64,000 bases of DNA from the human T2T-CHM13v2.0 reference genome, Homo sapiens. The stretch lies in assembly GCF_009914755.1 (NCBI RefSeq), contig NC_060931.1, one strand, 5' to 3'. The position numbers and the translations under genes were made by a program. The notes below the pieces were generated by a model. The model did not search any database. It saw only the letters and a program-made list of their open reading frames with translations, and was not told where the DNA came from. Positions 63,898 through 64,000 of this stretch are shown here, in pieces. Position 1 is the first letter of the stretch. The number at the start of each line of letters is the position of its first letter.

Positions 63898-64000
63898 CTT
63901 TTTTTTTTTTTTTTTTTTGAGACGGAGTCTTGCTCTGTCACCCAGGCTGGAGTGTGCAGTGGTGTGATCTCGGCACACTGCAACCTCTGCCTCCAGGGTT
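63898..64000 (-). mobile_element. Alu right arm, cut by the window end
   Basis: Poly(T) then GAGACGGAGTCTTGCTCTGTCACCCAGGC. Confidence 0.93.

Overview
Human (hominid) genomic DNA, mostly repeat-derived, with no intact protein-coding CDS. The left end holds a minus-strand TATA promoter and non-coding first exon (about 1462-1575) that I recognise from memory as SLC26A3/DRA. It is followed by a disabled PIGC copy (about 7084-8213; PIGCP2 by recalled position). Together these place the window in the SLC26A3-DLD intergenic interval on chr7q, a reported ulcerative colitis GWAS region (recalled, not verifiable here). The rest is about 35 Alu/FAM/FLAM elements (two AluYa5), one full-length SVA, L1PA/L1M fragments, MaLR LTRs, hAT elements, L2 and MIR. 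I found no new multi-gene system. The most notable observations are: (1) a gap-free 129-bp-arm palindrome at 43.0-43.3 kb whose X-B-X'-B' layout fits a single template-switch event; (2) an AluY-L1PA fusion inside one target-site duplication (TSD); (3) a perfect 37-bp inverted repeat 1.8 kb apart; (4) an orphan CpG-rich CRE/CCAAT/E-box element with a splice donor at 41.6-41.9 kb; (5) a palindromic CDX2/HOX13-type double site at 31.9 kb; (6) a near-consensus, possibly polymorphic AluYa5. Repeat subfamily calls come from remembered consensus features, and boundaries of old repeats are approximate.
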